Source: Camelus ferus
Lineage: Eukaryota
Direction: 5' to 3'
Assembly: GCF_009834535.1 (NCBI RefSeq)
Contig: NC_045696.1
Span: 71,364,001-71,428,000, forward strand
Length of the DNA: 64,000 nt
In this document: positions 50,776 through 63,916 of the stretch, piece after piece
Numbering within the stretch: position 1 is the first letter of the stretch
Layout: each line of letters begins with the position of its first letter
The notes under the pieces: generated by a model
Seen by the model: the letters and a program-made list of their open reading frames with translations, nothing else
What the model was told of the DNA's origin: nothing
The model's database searches: none
Program-made: the position numbers and the translations under genes

Positions 50776-53700
50776 CTGCCCACCGAGAGGAGATCAGAAC
50801 CCACTGCTGTCCAGGGACTGGGGTGAGATCTCAGGACCAGACAGCTCCCTGCTGTCAGAGGAGTGGGAAGGGTTCTCCTTTCTCAGCCCAGAACCCCACT
50901 CCTCTCTAAGGTGTGGGCAGAACAGAGGCACAAAGGGACACGGCACCAACCCGCTCAACTCTGGGCCCCAGCTCCCTCTTCCACCTCAAGACGTGTGCGG
51001 GAGGCTTCGGATCTTTTTTAATTGCCTCCTCTGGCCACTCTTGTTTTTAAATCTGAGGAACTTGATCAACTCTACTGTGAACCAGACTGGTCCCTGGGGG
51101 CTAAGGAATATGGCCATAAGAGGTCCCTGAAAGATCCAGTAACGTCCTTGTGGTTTTCCCAGGCTGCATGATCATTTTATAACCTATGGTGACCCAAGGT
51201 AACGTCCTTGGATATTCCCGCAAACGGCCCCACACATTCAGGTTGTAGAAGAAATCTTAGGTTATCACCTGCATCTGACTCATGATGATGCTGAGTAACC
51301 AGGATGTTTCCCAAAAGAACAGTATGTCAATCATAGGGTTTCAGTTTGAGAGATGTAAGTTCTTTATGGCCAAGATGACCCTTGTTTTAACAAAACATTT
51401 CTTGGGATGAGTGAAGTACTGAATGACATTTACCTTGAGGTGGGTTTCTGAGCCCCACATTATATTACTAACTCCAGTTTTGTTCCCTTAACATGCTGAT
51501 GACTAGAAGGGAACTACTGTACACACTGGCCAAGAACTGGGAGCTTTTTTGGGGAAAGGTGACAAGAGCCTGATTCCCTGAAAGACCTTAAAATGTCATC
51601 TCATTGCAGGGAGCTCACTACCTGTTGAGGCGGCAGCTCATTTTGTCTTTGGAAGGCCCTCTCCTGACTTTCTCGGTAAATTCCAGCCGGTGCAGCCACC
51701 AGGAAAAAGCCTGGGCCCCTCTTTGCACAGAAGCCCTCGAAACATTTGAAAGACTCTCTGTCCTTTTTAGAGATGAGAGGCACAAGCTTAGGACAGTTTT
51801 TGGTAAGGAAACTCCAAGGACTCCCCTTTGGGTCTTTATCTCCCTCCAGCCCACACGGGGCTTAGGCTGGTGAACATTTACTTAAGCCACAAGAGGTGGC
51901 ATTTGGGTTTTAGAACCAGCTCAGGCTGTGAGGGGGCTGTCCCCTCCGAGGTGCTAGCTCCTAGCTCCGGCAGGCACAGCCCTTCCCCTCATTCCAGCAA
52001 AGGAAATGCTCTGAGAGAATCATTTTAAAGGGAAAAGCAAAACCATATGCTTACACAAAGGGTTCTATTATTTCAGACAATGGGTTTGCATGTTAGATGT
52101 TTCTAAGAGAAAAGAGGCGGCCTGCTGGGCATTCTGTGAGAAGCAAACAGATTAACTGTACAATCTCAGTTTTTACTAAAATGCAAACATGTACTGTTTA
52201 AATTTGTTATTTCTTTAAATTAATTACAAACCGAGTGCCTTCTCATGTCTTCCTTTGTCCTCCTCTTGGGAACAGGACTGTAATGTGTCATGGCTACTGC
52301 TATTTCCCTTGGAGGCTCACAGATCTGAGAACTCTCACATTGGCTGCAGTTGCACTGCTGTCCTGTGTAGATTTCACGGAACCCCCCCCCAACTCCCCTC
52401 TTTCACACTTACCTGTACCCTGCCGGGCCCTGGGGTGCCTAGGGTGAAATGGCTGTCCTTGAAGCTAGTCTTGGGCTCAAATCTTGGCTTCTCCACTCAC
52501 TAGCTGGCAGAAGTTTAAGCTTCTGTTTCCGTATCTGCAAAGGGAGGGTAATACCCCCCAGCCTGCTAAGAGAATTTGTGGTTTATGTGCAGGGTGCTGA
52601 CTACAGTAAATGGCCAGTAAAGCACAGCTGCTGTAATTCTTTCCTGCCCAAGCCCCCTTCCCCTGGGAGCCGGCTTTGTTCTCATCTACAGCTTTGGGCC
52701 TCTCAGTAGCCCCTGCCTGTGTCATACCACACAGCCAGAGGTGCCCTTCCCTCCTCAAAGCTGCCCAGAGGCCCACTCATTCGTTTACCACTCAGACCAG
52801 ACCACTCAGCTCTGCTGCACCTCAGATGAGATGAGCAGGCTGCCCTGGCCTGGCAGCGTGGCCCTGCAGCGGCGGTGGCAGCACCCACTGCCCACGACAG
52901 GCTTGACCTCCTGGAAGGTATACTGCGTGCCCAAGAACCTTTTTGGAACGCACCAGAATGGACAGCTTTTCACAAACACCCCAACCGCCTTCCTTACTAG
53001 ACTTCATTAATTAATAGATCTGGATTCTGAAGAAGAAACCTTCCCACTCACTCCAGGTCTTAATAAGGCCTTACCATGGTGTTACTGGAGTGGCCTAAAG
53101 AAGCAACTGAGGTAAGTAAAAGCCTCAACCACGTGGTTACAACTTATCGAAGTCATACACAACACACACACAAAGACAGAAATGCACTGCAATGTTAATA
53201 GTGATTACCTTTGAGCCTGGGGAATTATTAGTAATTTAAAAATTTTTTTACACCTTACAGTTTTTGCTAAAGTTTCTATATAATAAGCATTTTTGTATTA
53301 ACTCTAAAGTTTTTAAAAATAAGCAGCTTAATCTGTTAGCTAATTTCAGTCAAAAGAAAGAGTTTAATATAATTATTATAATTATTCTGTAACCAAAGTT
53401 AGCACTGCCAGTGGCTGCCTCGGTCAGCTGTGAGGAGGCACCACAAGGCCCAGGCAGAGGGAAGCCCCTGGGTCCTTTCCTCCGCAGTCAGTCAGACTGA
53501 GGTCCTGTCTCTCTCTGTTCTATGGTGACTCAAACCCAGGAAAAAAAATTACAAATATTAATACTTTCATACCTGTGATAACTCCAGGATTTTAGGCCAA
53601 ATGCTAAAAAGCAGTTTTGAGAGAACCCTGGCCCTGCAGCCCACGCTGGGCAGGCGGGGGACCTCACCCTCTGAGCAGGGTCATCTCCACTGGCCCCATG

Positions 53701-54495
53701 CACACAGGCTCCTTCAGTCAGTAAGAGGGATTCCCCAGTTAAGTTACTGCCTGTGACACTATCCTTAACTGTCCATCCTGTGGCTCTTGTCAAAACTGTG
53801 GCTGACACAAATAACATTCAGGAAGGGGACCTAAACAATGCCCCTCTTCTTCCTCCAGACCATTCAACTCTCTAAAGGTTGCCACTAAATGAAGTCTGGT
53901 CCCAAGAAAGCTACATACTTGGATTGTATCACAGGGCTTCCTCCCCGTAGAACTTCTTACCTTTGAAGAACCAAAGCTTTCAAAGCCTTTAGTTCTTAGT
54001 AAGGGTGGATGTAAAAAGTGGTCATTTCTGAAATGTTTCTGCACCGTCTGTAATTTTTTAGCCATTGTGATAGCAGATGGTCACAGCAGGACTGTGTCAC
54101 AGGAGTAACTTCTTTCAGACCTTAGCACAGACCCATTTTATCTTGTCAGACAAACTAGTGTGTTTCTTGGTTAGACAGAAGGAGATGCTCCTCTGTCCTG
54201 GCTTCAAGGAGGGTCTGAGCTCAGTTAGTTTTCCTTTGCCCCAAGCTGTCAGAAATCACTATGTCCAGGGCCAATATGTATCTTCCAATTTTTTTTTTCT
54301 TCAGATTTTCATGTAACTGTAACCCTTTATCTTAGGTGGCTGCAAGTTCTTTTTGGAAAGAAGTGGAAGCATTCATTTAAATACACAAACAGCTAACCTT
54401 TGCCCCATCTCAGCTCTTTTTGACCTAATGTAAGAAAAACCCTGCCAAAGTTTAGTGCTCCAAACTCAGGAAAACCCATCACAAATACTGAAAGA

Positions 54496-54501
54496 TTTAT
54501 T
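54496..54501 (-). terminator. YEATS2: Candidate YEATS2 polyadenylation signal
   Basis: TTTATT (AATAAA on -) about 1.65 kb past the stop; on the - strand it has upstream TGTA motifs and downstream GT-rich sequence. Confidence 0.5.
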
Positions 54502-56150
54502 GTAGATATTTTTGTTACAGTTATATTACACGTTATGATACAAATACATTTGAAACATTGCCATATGGGGACTGTTAAATCATTTACTATTTATTTTGCA
54601 AAAAGATAATTTCTTGAGGCTTTCATACCTGTAATAAATGAAGCTGTTGTTGTTTGGATCAAATCTTCTACCCTGTAGATCTGAGTCACCATCCATGCTG
54701 AATGAATCTATACACTTACCCATTAACCTTGTTTGGAGAATATCTGACCCTTTACTACTAGACAATTTTCTTCCTAATCCAGGGCATGCCCTATGCCTTA
54801 CTGAAGAGATTTCCTTCTGCACCTGCAATCCTCAGATGCTGAATAAAAAGGGCAGGTCTCTTGTAGTTGCTTCCCTGCCTTTTCCTGACTCAGACATCCA
54901 GAGGACTCATGAAGACATGAATTATGTTGCTTGGATAAGTTTGACTCTGACTCACAGGCTTCAAATTTTCTTGGAGCAGATTCCTAACAGAATAAATACC
55001 TCCACACAGATGATGTCAGGAAGGTTGGGGTAGAGGATCCTTAATGAAACAACATCACGCAGGGCACTGCTACCCTTCCTTCTATCCACTTCTCCTCACT
55101 GAGAGGGGCTCTGCTTATGACACAATCTGTTCTCACCGCTTCCGAGCACTCACATCCCTTCTCTTGGCTTTGGTAGTCATTTCTCTACCTTTAAGGCACT
55201 CACAAGTGTTTGTCCAAAACACTTTTCTTCTTGGGAAAAACTTGAAGAGAAGAACAGGACACCAAGTCCACTGACAGAACAAACTGTCCCAGGGGCTCCC
55301 CACCAGCCACTCACCACAGAGTCAGCAGCAGGAGCTCCTGCAGACCACACAAACGGTGTGGAACCAGCTCTCTGCCCGGCACACGCTAAAAGCTAGCATG
55401 AGTCTGCCAAGTGCCTGGGATTTGAGGGTGTTGTCTGTTACTAACTAATATTAAGAGCTTCTTTGTTGTAGTCAAACCTGACTTGCGCTGGGATCTGTAG
55501 ATCCCTTGACAATGCTCTGAGCCTGATTGTAGTAATGCTCCTATGCTCCATGAAAAAAGAATTGTTCATTTTGCAGTTCCCCACAGGCTTTTGTGTCTTC
55601 CACGCAGCATCACTGTTTCCTGAGCCAACTCATGTGTGCTGAGTGCAGACCCTCCCAACCATGGCCACTGCCAAGTGCTGAAGCCCAACCCTGCTCTAGG
55701 TGTTACCAGAGTAACTGCTGGGGTGCCTGTGACCTCAGCCCACAGAATGGGTAAAATCTCTAGCCTGCCAGACTCATTTACTGCCTCCTAGAGGGAGACT
55801 TGGGCCCAAGGTGCCCCTTGGAAGACAGCCAGAGGAGAGAGGCCTATAAATAAGGCCTGACCCCACTCAGACTCTGATGGAGCCTGTGCAGAGAGTGAAC
55901 AACTGCAAGCTGACAGAGCACGCATCCACTCACGGCTTCACTCCAGAATCAGGAAACAAACTTCTGTCCTAAAGGGATTCGATCTGGGACCAAACACTCT
56001 GGTGTCATTAGGTGGAGGCAATGTTTTCGTAGCCATGAGATTCTGAGGCACACAGAAAATGACCTCCTCCCCCAAACAGAAAAGTCATCACAGTTCATGG
56101 TTTCGGATACAGCTTTGAGCCCTGCTCTCCCAGGGGCATCTTCATTCCGG

Positions 56151-56259
56151 TCACTGATCTTCATTCAGTATCCCCATGTGTTTATTTGTGAGGAAGTCCA
56201 GAAAAGGAATGTTGCAAATGGCCTGGTGAATATTACTCACTGTAATTTCTTTGGGAATC
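56151..56259 (-). CDS. YEATS2: YEATS2 last exon, coding part to stop
   Basis: Minus strand gaccag|G ATT ... CAG TGA; IPKEITVSNIHQAICNIPFLDFLTNKHMGILNEDQ*. Confidence 0.95.
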
Positions 56260-57709
56260 CTGGTCCAAAAAATAAAGATGTTAGGACTAAATCACTCAAG
56301 TATCTGAATAATTTAAATTAACTTATCAAATGGACCATCCTGTGCACAGGTCGTATAGAAGCGGATAACGATGAGTGCAAGGCGTGGTTCAGGGCCAGTC
56401 TCGGGGTGGGGAGCGGCCAGGTGCATATTCTCCCTCTCCAGCTCTCTCTTCTTTCCCATTAATTCCCTTGACTCTGGTGAAGACGTGGCCTACCCTCTTC
56501 ACAGTCAGCCCTATTTAGGGTCAACTCTGACTTCCCACTCACAGGTACGAGATGGATTTTGAGAAGTCGGCTGAATGATTATGAAAAAAAAAAAAGGCTC
56601 TAAGGATTGAGAAAAGAGGAAGTAAAGTTGGACAGCAGAGCAGAATGGTGTTGCTGTAATTCAGTCTTAGCCGACTGAATACTGAGTCAAAGCACCAGAG
56701 AGCTCAGGGACCACATTTCCTGTCTCTTGGAAAGACAGGAGATGGAGTTCTGCCAGGGCAAGTGTGATGTTAAATGTTCTTATCAAAAGCACTCAAGTCA
56801 CTGTGTGTCTCCACGGTCGGGACCATGGAGGCGAGCAGGTGCCAAAGAGGAACTCGGCCCACTCCTGGGTTTCAAGCAGGATGATAAGCAGCATTACTGG
56901 AACTCCTTTGTTCCCCTCTTTTTGTAAAGACCTCTCTTCACTGCCTGATGTGTTACATTCCTGTGAAGTCTGACATAATATTCCTTTCATTAAGGTCTCT
57001 TCAGGTCCCCAGGTATTTTGTTACAATTTTATACATTTATGACAGCCTATAAGCACAATGGAATAAAATAAGCTTGTTTCCTTTGAAAGGAATGCCAGGA
57101 TGCAGAACAAAGGCCTGCCTATCATTCTTTTAGGGCCCAGGAAAAGAGCAAAATTCAGTGTCCCAATCAATGACAGTTAGAGAGGCTGCAAAGAGCAGTG
57201 GTGAGCCTGCAGGCTTTAGAGCAATGAGACCCAAGTTTAAATCTATATTCTATCATGAAACTGCTGGGAAAGCCAGGCAAGATTACCTTTCAAAGCTTGG
57301 CTTCCCATTTCTAAAAAGGGAGTAAGAATTCTGCGATGAAAAACAAATCAGGTAATATATGTGATGCCTGGCCCCGAGCTTAACATGAAATGGACACTGC
57401 TACTATCTTCAATTGCAAAGAGCTGGTATTTATTCAACCCTGTAACATATCAGAGTCCTACTGAATTGTGTCTGTGCAGTAGAGACAGGGAAGACACAGA
57501 CCTATGGGCAAAGCTGAATGCTCACAACCAAAAGATTCTCTCAGAACGACCAAGCAGACCCCTGAGTCTGTCTGGCTCTGAGACTGTCCCAAATACTGAC
57601 ACCTCCATGTCCTACTACCTTGATTTACATATGAAACATCTTGATGGGCAACTAAATTGTTAGGAAATATCTGTTGGTCTGATACTGCCAACTACAGAGA
57701 TAATGGTAC

Positions 57710-57783
57710 CTGTTGTGAGATGCTGCCTGGTATCCAACTGCCAAAGCCTGTCTGAGGATGTCGCTGACCAGCTGCTCCGTAGC
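57710..57783 (-). CDS. YEATS2: YEATS2 penultimate exon
   Basis: Minus strand ttgtag|GCT ... AG|gtacca; 74 nt; ATEQLVSDILRQALAVGYQAASHN(R). Confidence 0.95.
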
Positions 57784-58669
57784 CTACAAGAGAGGATGCT
57801 GTTATTCCTAAAACGGTCATCTGCCTGCTCGCAAGAAGGGATGCAGCCAATCCCAGCCTATCCCCTAAACTTTAGAGACAACTATATCTAACAATCAAAA
57901 GTCCTTAAAAGACACAACACTGTAAAATGATTATAAATCCATAAAAAATGTTAAAAAAAAAAAGTCCTTAAAAGAAAATTAAAGGTCCCAATAACCACGA
58001 ATAACAGCCCACAATGACAGAGGCCATGATTCTGAGAAATCAGGAACAGGGCTAATCTTCATTAATCAGACTCTATTTTAAGGAGAACAAGGGAGGGTTA
58101 TCTGTGAGGCATCTCTGCTCCTGGAGGGGATCGGCCAGCTAAGGAACCTGGTCTTGTCATCCTCTCACCAAGGGAGATGAGACACTTGTGGTTGTTTCTC
58201 TGTTGTGACATGTGACAAAAGCCCAAGGCTTTGTCACCTCCTAATGCACTAAGAACACTGACTCTCACCTCCAGCTACTTAAAAAGCACTTGAAATGTCA
58301 TTAAAAAATATCGTTAGGTGACATTAGCACAGAAAATCTTGCAGATGCTTTGACACTCAGAGGAACGTACAATTTAGTTCATTTAAAAATCAGGATATTC
58401 AATGTAGTTCCCTGTGCTATACAGTAGAACTTTGTTTATTTTATATATAGTTGTTTGTAGCAATAATTAAAAAAAAAATCAGAAGGAAAAAAAGAAAAAA
58501 CTTTAAGCCTCAATAAGATGAGAAATCTTACAACCTGTCATCTCTGTTCCATTTGCCCTTGTCCCTTACTCACAGCAGTCTGGGATCCAGACTGTCCTGC
58601 CCGGCTGGCCCCTAGTGCTCCAGCCCCTGACGGCAGCTCACGGCCCCTCTGCTGCCAGCAGGCACCCAC

Positions 58670-58744
58670 CTTTAAAATCATGTCCTCTACCACCGATGCA
58701 TACACGTCCTTGTGAAGCGCCACGGGCTGCAGGGTGATCCCGAT
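58670..58744 (-). CDS. YEATS2: YEATS2 coding exon (3rd from the end; C-terminal histone-fold region)
   Basis: Minus strand ttccag|ATC ... AAG|gtgggt; 75 nt; IGITLQPVALHKDVYASVVEDMILK. Confidence 0.95.
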
Positions 58745-59631
58745 CTGGAAGAGCAGAAGGAAGTCACTTATTCCTATTTCCACATAAAAACAAGCACACG
58801 TCTCTGATACCCAAGGAGATGTCCGGTTGGAAGAATAAATCTACGAACATTCTAGACAAAATTCATGAAGATGTAACATAATATTCTTCTGTGTAGAAGA
58901 TAACAAGTGGAAGAATCTGTTATCCCATTTCTCCATGTTTCCGAGTGATGGTTAAAAATGCCATTACAACCCCGTTCTTACCCCCAAATCTCCTTCATGT
59001 GAGAACACAGGATCTGCCATGAATTCTAACAGTGGGATGGACACACTGGAAAGCCTAGAATCAGACTCTGAGGCCCTATTTGCAAAAGGTGATGAAGACA
59101 CACTTGGAAACTGCCCCATTTTTCACCTCCTGTACGTGAAAGCAAACAGTGTCTTTCATCAGGCAGCTGCACAGGAGGCAGACGCTGACGTGGGGCTGCG
59201 CTCCATCAGAGGCGGGTGGACAGTCCTCTCCTGTACTGTAAGAGCAGTGCGTGCCAGGTCTACGCCCAGGCAGGGAACTTGGGAGCTATAATGACGTCAG
59301 GGAAAGCTTATTGTGATGTGCATCATGAGGGTAAGGCGCTTCTACCAAGGAAAGTGAGAAAAAAGGAGAATAAAAGCAAAAAACTGTGTATATCTATAGC
59401 TTCCTTTGCTTCAATTCCATGTTCAACAAGCAACCTCTACACATGTAGTTAAATTTTCTTGCCCAAGGGCTCTGACGTGGGAAGGCAGGTGCCCAGAGAA
59501 CAGAGCCAGGGTTTACCGGCAGAAGGAAACCACACACCTACTTCACCAGAAGTCTGGTGTCACTTCCTCATGCTGAACATCCACGCACCAGGCGCCTGGT
59601 TAGGGAGCCGGCAGCACAGGCCTTACCCTAC

Positions 59632-59858
59632 CTTCTGCGTGATGTCACCAATAAACTCAGAGCCCGGCGTTGGTGGCAGGTAGAATTTCATTTCTTCCTG
59701 TTTCTCTTCCTGTTCTTTTTTGATGTTTATCTTTAATGGCTCTGAGAGGCTGAGGATGTCCACCTCCTCCTCATTCTCTGGCTCTCTTTTCTGAAACTGC
59801 TGCAGGTCCTCCAGTTTCCGGCAGAGGTTGTCAGCAGAGGAGAATGATGATGGGCACT
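59632..59858 (-). CDS. YEATS2: YEATS2 coding exon (4th from the end)
   Basis: Minus strand atttag|AG ... AAG|gtaggg; 227 nt; (E)CPSSFSSADNLCRKLEDLQQFQKREPENEEEVDILSLSEPLKINIKKEQEEKQEEMKFYLPPTPGSEFIGDITQK. Confidence 0.95.
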
Positions 59859-61457
59859 CTAAATGAGAGGTAATCAGTCTTATGACAGCGGTAGTGACAA
59901 CAGAAAAGGATTTTCCACCTCCAAGAGACCAAGAGCCTGAGACCCAGAGAAGTGCTAAGTATCAAGGGAACAGACCTTCTTTCCAGTTCCAAAATTCTAC
60001 AGATCTATATGAGAACTTGTAATTCATAAATGAGGTAGACAAGCACAGAGACAGGCATGTTGTGTTAAGACAAGTGTGATGTTAAGTGCAATCTAAGTCA
60101 AAACAGCACATAATTCTGACTCATGCCACCAAAAACGAGGCCATCCTCTCACCCTTCAAATATTAATGACTACACTGATTTTTTTCAAATTTTAAATCTG
60201 GAAAATTTAGAAATGCAGTGAAGAAATTAAAAATCACCCGTATTTTCACTGTTCAGAGATAAGTACTATTAACATTTTAGTGTACATCATGCATCCAGTC
60301 TCTAATAAGTTGACTTATACAAAGCCCAACAAAGTATTAGAACTTTAAAGCCAGCAGGGGCTCTGGGAATCTTTTTATGGATGAGTAAGTGAGGTCCAGA
60401 CCAGGTACAAGATGGGCTTAAGGGCCCTGGCAGGATGGTGGTAGTCATCCAGCTCCTGGCTGCTTCTGTTTTAATTTCACAGGGCACTCACAAATTAATC
60501 ACTCACGTTAACAGAAAGCCTAGCATATGTAAAGTACTGGGCATTACATGTGCTACCTGGTGAAGCATGGAAGTAACAGACATGGTCTCTGCTCTCCAAA
60601 GAGCTTAGTTATATAAATCTGACAAACCCTCAAGGTTCTGCTATGAAGTGCCCCTGGAGATCAGGGAAAAGAGAGGCCACCCTGCATCAGGGATCTCAGG
60701 AAAGCTTCCTGGAGAAAATGGGACCCGAGCCAGCCTTAAAGGAACCTCCCTGTGCTCCAGGCTCCCTCGGATTGGGAGGTGGAGATTCTGTTTTCCCACA
60801 GAATAGAGGTTGAAAGGAGAAAACAACCCTTCTTATTCTTTAAGGTGAAACTCAGATATCCTCCCAGTATCGCTTCTATGCCTGGCTCCCCACCCAGTTG
60901 TTCATGTCTTTTATCATAAAACAATTCATTTTATCTGCAGCATTATTAGTTGTTTACACCTGTGCCTCCAAAACTGGGCAGTACACTTCCTAGCTAGGTT
61001 TTGGAGATAAGGTAACAGATCAGACATCGTCCCCGTCTTCAAGGAGACTGGACAGACTTGTCTATGAGGGGTGAGTATAAGGTCACAAAGGAAGGAGAAG
61101 TCACCTCTACTTGGAGGAAAGGACGTGGATTAGGGGAGTCTTCAAAGAAGAAATGATGCTGAGGAGGGGGCTCCTGAATGGACAGTGTGTCTGCTGGATG
61201 CCATGGGCTGGAACATTCCTGGCCAGGGCATGACACCTGGGACATATCGGCAAAAACAGTTCTGCAGAGACTGTCCTGGGGGGCAGGCAGGACCCATGGC
61301 CAGAGGTGAGCAAAGGCTCCTGTTCTCTAGGCTGAAGGGAAGAGCACTGAAAACTGCTGGGTGAAGACACCCAAGAACCATGGGGGCTGAGAGATGCGCA
61401 TTCCATGGAAACACCTCTCGGCCGCTGGTGCTGCTCAGTGGGTCCCGCCAGGCTCAC

Positions 61458-61659
61458 CTGGCTCACTGTCAATCTGTGTCAGTACATCCTCGATAGAGTC
61501 CCCGTCGCTCCTCAGGCTCTCGGGGTCAGGTGGGGTGTAGCCGTGGCAACGACACCAGTGAGCAATGTGCTTGGTTTTAAGGGGAGTCAGGTGGTGAAAT
61601 CTTGGATTCTTCTCCAGTATTTCTTGTAATACTTTTCGCATTGTCATTGCTCTTTGCCA
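61458..61659 (-). CDS. YEATS2: YEATS2 coding exon (5th from the end)
   Basis: Minus strand tttaag|TGG ... CCAG|gtgagc; 202 nt; WQRAMTMRKVLQEILEKNPRFHHLTPLKTKHIAHWCRCHGYTPPDPESLRSDGDSIEDVLTQIDSEP. Confidence 0.95.
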
Positions 61660-62319
61660 CTTAAAAAAAAAATTGGGGGTGGGTGGGGAGAGACCATAAT
61701 CAAATTCTTCAACTTAGCAGCATGTTCAAAAGAATCACCCAACTGTAAATTACATGCTAACTTGTTAGAATCATTTTTTTCTAAGGGGAAAAAAAATCTC
61801 ATGGGGTTACTCTTTTTTTTCCCCCCAAGTAAAAGAACTTCTACCTAATGCTTATAAATTTGTAACACCGAAATTCTTGGGTTTGGCCTATAAGGTTTTT
61901 CACCTGGTCTCAACCTATGACCTCCCACCTTCCCTTCCTCCCTAGCCTTCCCCAAACCCATCACGCTGACTTTCTCAAAGCTTTCTAAGTACGCCTTTGT
62001 ACAAGCTATTTCCTCTTATAACCCCACGGTCTGGCATAGTAGCTACCACAATGTAAGTACTTGATAATTATTTGATTTAATTTTAATATATTATCATCTA
62101 AAAAAAATTTTTAGAAATTTTTACCATTGCAGGAAAAGAAAGTAGACCTTTCAAAGGCTAGCTACAGGTCTTTGAAGAATAAGATTTTTAACTAAGGAGA
62201 AAGTTCTACCATTAAATATTTAACAAAATATGCATGCAGAATGCACATGTTTTTTAGTTATCCTCTCCCACATGCTCTCAGTGGTGGCCTACAGGTCAAA
62301 GAAGCAGACGCGGCATTAC

Positions 62320-62399
62320 CTCAGCAGCTCTCCTTTTCCCAATGTTCCAGCCATAATACTGCTCCACAGATTTTGCAGAAAAACAGCTGGCATCTTCAC
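62320..62399 (-). CDS. YEATS2: YEATS2 coding exon (6th from the end)
   Basis: Minus strand tctag|GT ... GAG|gtaatg; 80 nt; (S)EDASCFSAKSVEQYYGWNIGKRRAAE. Confidence 0.93.
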
Positions 62400-63309
62400 C
62401 TAGAATGAACACATTCAGCAAACTCTGAATGAAGTTATTATGATTTAAATGAAATCTTCTTTGCTAGAGTCATGTCCAAAAGTTTCTTTAGACTTCTTTA
62501 CTGGGTATGTTCCTTACTGGGCAAGTTCAGATGCAATGTAACATACAAGGGCTTCTCCTTAAAAGAGAAAGCATCTCATTCATGTACAGTCAAAACAAAA
62601 CCCGTCCTTGGGAAATCAGCTCCCCTGGTAAAGAAAGCTTCATGGTAGTAGATTATCTATTAGAACGAGTGGAGATGGCACTCCACTGGGAGCCTGAGAC
62701 CTGCGATCTAGCCCTGGCTGTGTCATTAACTAAGGAGCCTTGGAAAACCTACATAATCTCTCCCAGCTTCAGCTTTCCCATCTGCAAAATGAGACCACTG
62801 AGACAGATGGTTCCTGAACTGCCTTTCAGCTCTAACATTCTGCATTTGTATCTGAATTCTTTAAAAAAAAAAAAAAAAGATTAAAAATCTTTTTCTGCTC
62901 AGCTAGAAAAATCACTGTTTACTTTGAACTCACTGTTTACTTTACCTCAAAATGACCCCCTGAACTTCAAGTAAAAAACAAATAATTTCTTTGCTATCAC
63001 AGCTGGAAAAAAATAAGCAGGGTATTCTGTACATGGCCTATCATTTTCATAGTGAATGTGAAAGGATAATCTGGTTCATCCTTTCCCTCTAAATGCTCAC
63101 AGTGTTCTTGCTCAAGAGCAGACACCTAAGTATCCACAGGCAATCAGTAATGCCCCCGGTGAGGGCTGTTGATTCTGTCAGAGCAACTGGGGCTGAGAAG
63201 TAAACTGTTCAGTCCTGCTAACACCGGGCAGCGACAGATCAGATTTCAGTGCTGGAGGTCTTAATAATCGTGCATTTCTACACAGTGAGTGACAATGAGT
63301 GTTGACAAG

Positions 63310-63520
63310 ACTAACAACTCCGGAATCAAATAAAACTGGGTTTGTATCCTGCCTCATGACCCAGCTAGTGATCTTGAGCAAGTTACTCAACTCTGCTTAT
63401 CCCCAGTTTTCTCATCTGTAAAATGGAGATGACACCATGTATCCCACGAGAGACTGTGATTAAATAAGACAGCAAGTGTAATAAGCCTAAAGAGTCTGGC
63501 ACACTGCAGGCAAGTGCTAA
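63310..63520. mobile_element. MIR
   Basis: GTGATCTTGAGCAAGTTACTCAACTCTG...CAGTTTTCTCATCTGTAAAATGG. Confidence 0.7.
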
Positions 63521-63842
63521 TTTCTTTCCTTATTAATGAACATTAAAAAGGAATGCTACTTTAATTATATACATAATAGATTGATTTATATATGATTTAT
63601 ATACAATAATAAATGTAAAAAATTCCTTCTGCAGATCACAGTGAAAATAAAATACTAACCAACTGACCAAGATACCATGAATTCTAAAACTGTGCAAATG
63701 AGCTACAGCTGTAGCTAAAACCACCTAAGATTAACTACCATCTAAGTATTAATTACAATTCCAAGTAATTCAAGTTGACTCAATATCCCAAGTAGTTCAC
63801 AGCTTAAAAAAAAATGCATTTATACATTCCATATTGTCTTAC

Positions 63843-63916
63843 TTTTTGCAGTGATTAGTGGGATCTTCTTTACTACTGCTGTTAAGAGTTGCTGGATAGT
63901 CTCCAAATGGTCTATC
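63843..63916 (-). CDS. YEATS2: YEATS2 coding exon (7th from the end)
   Basis: Minus strand ctcag|G ... A|gtaag; 74 nt; IDHLETIQQLLTAVVKKIPLITAK. Confidence 0.92.
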
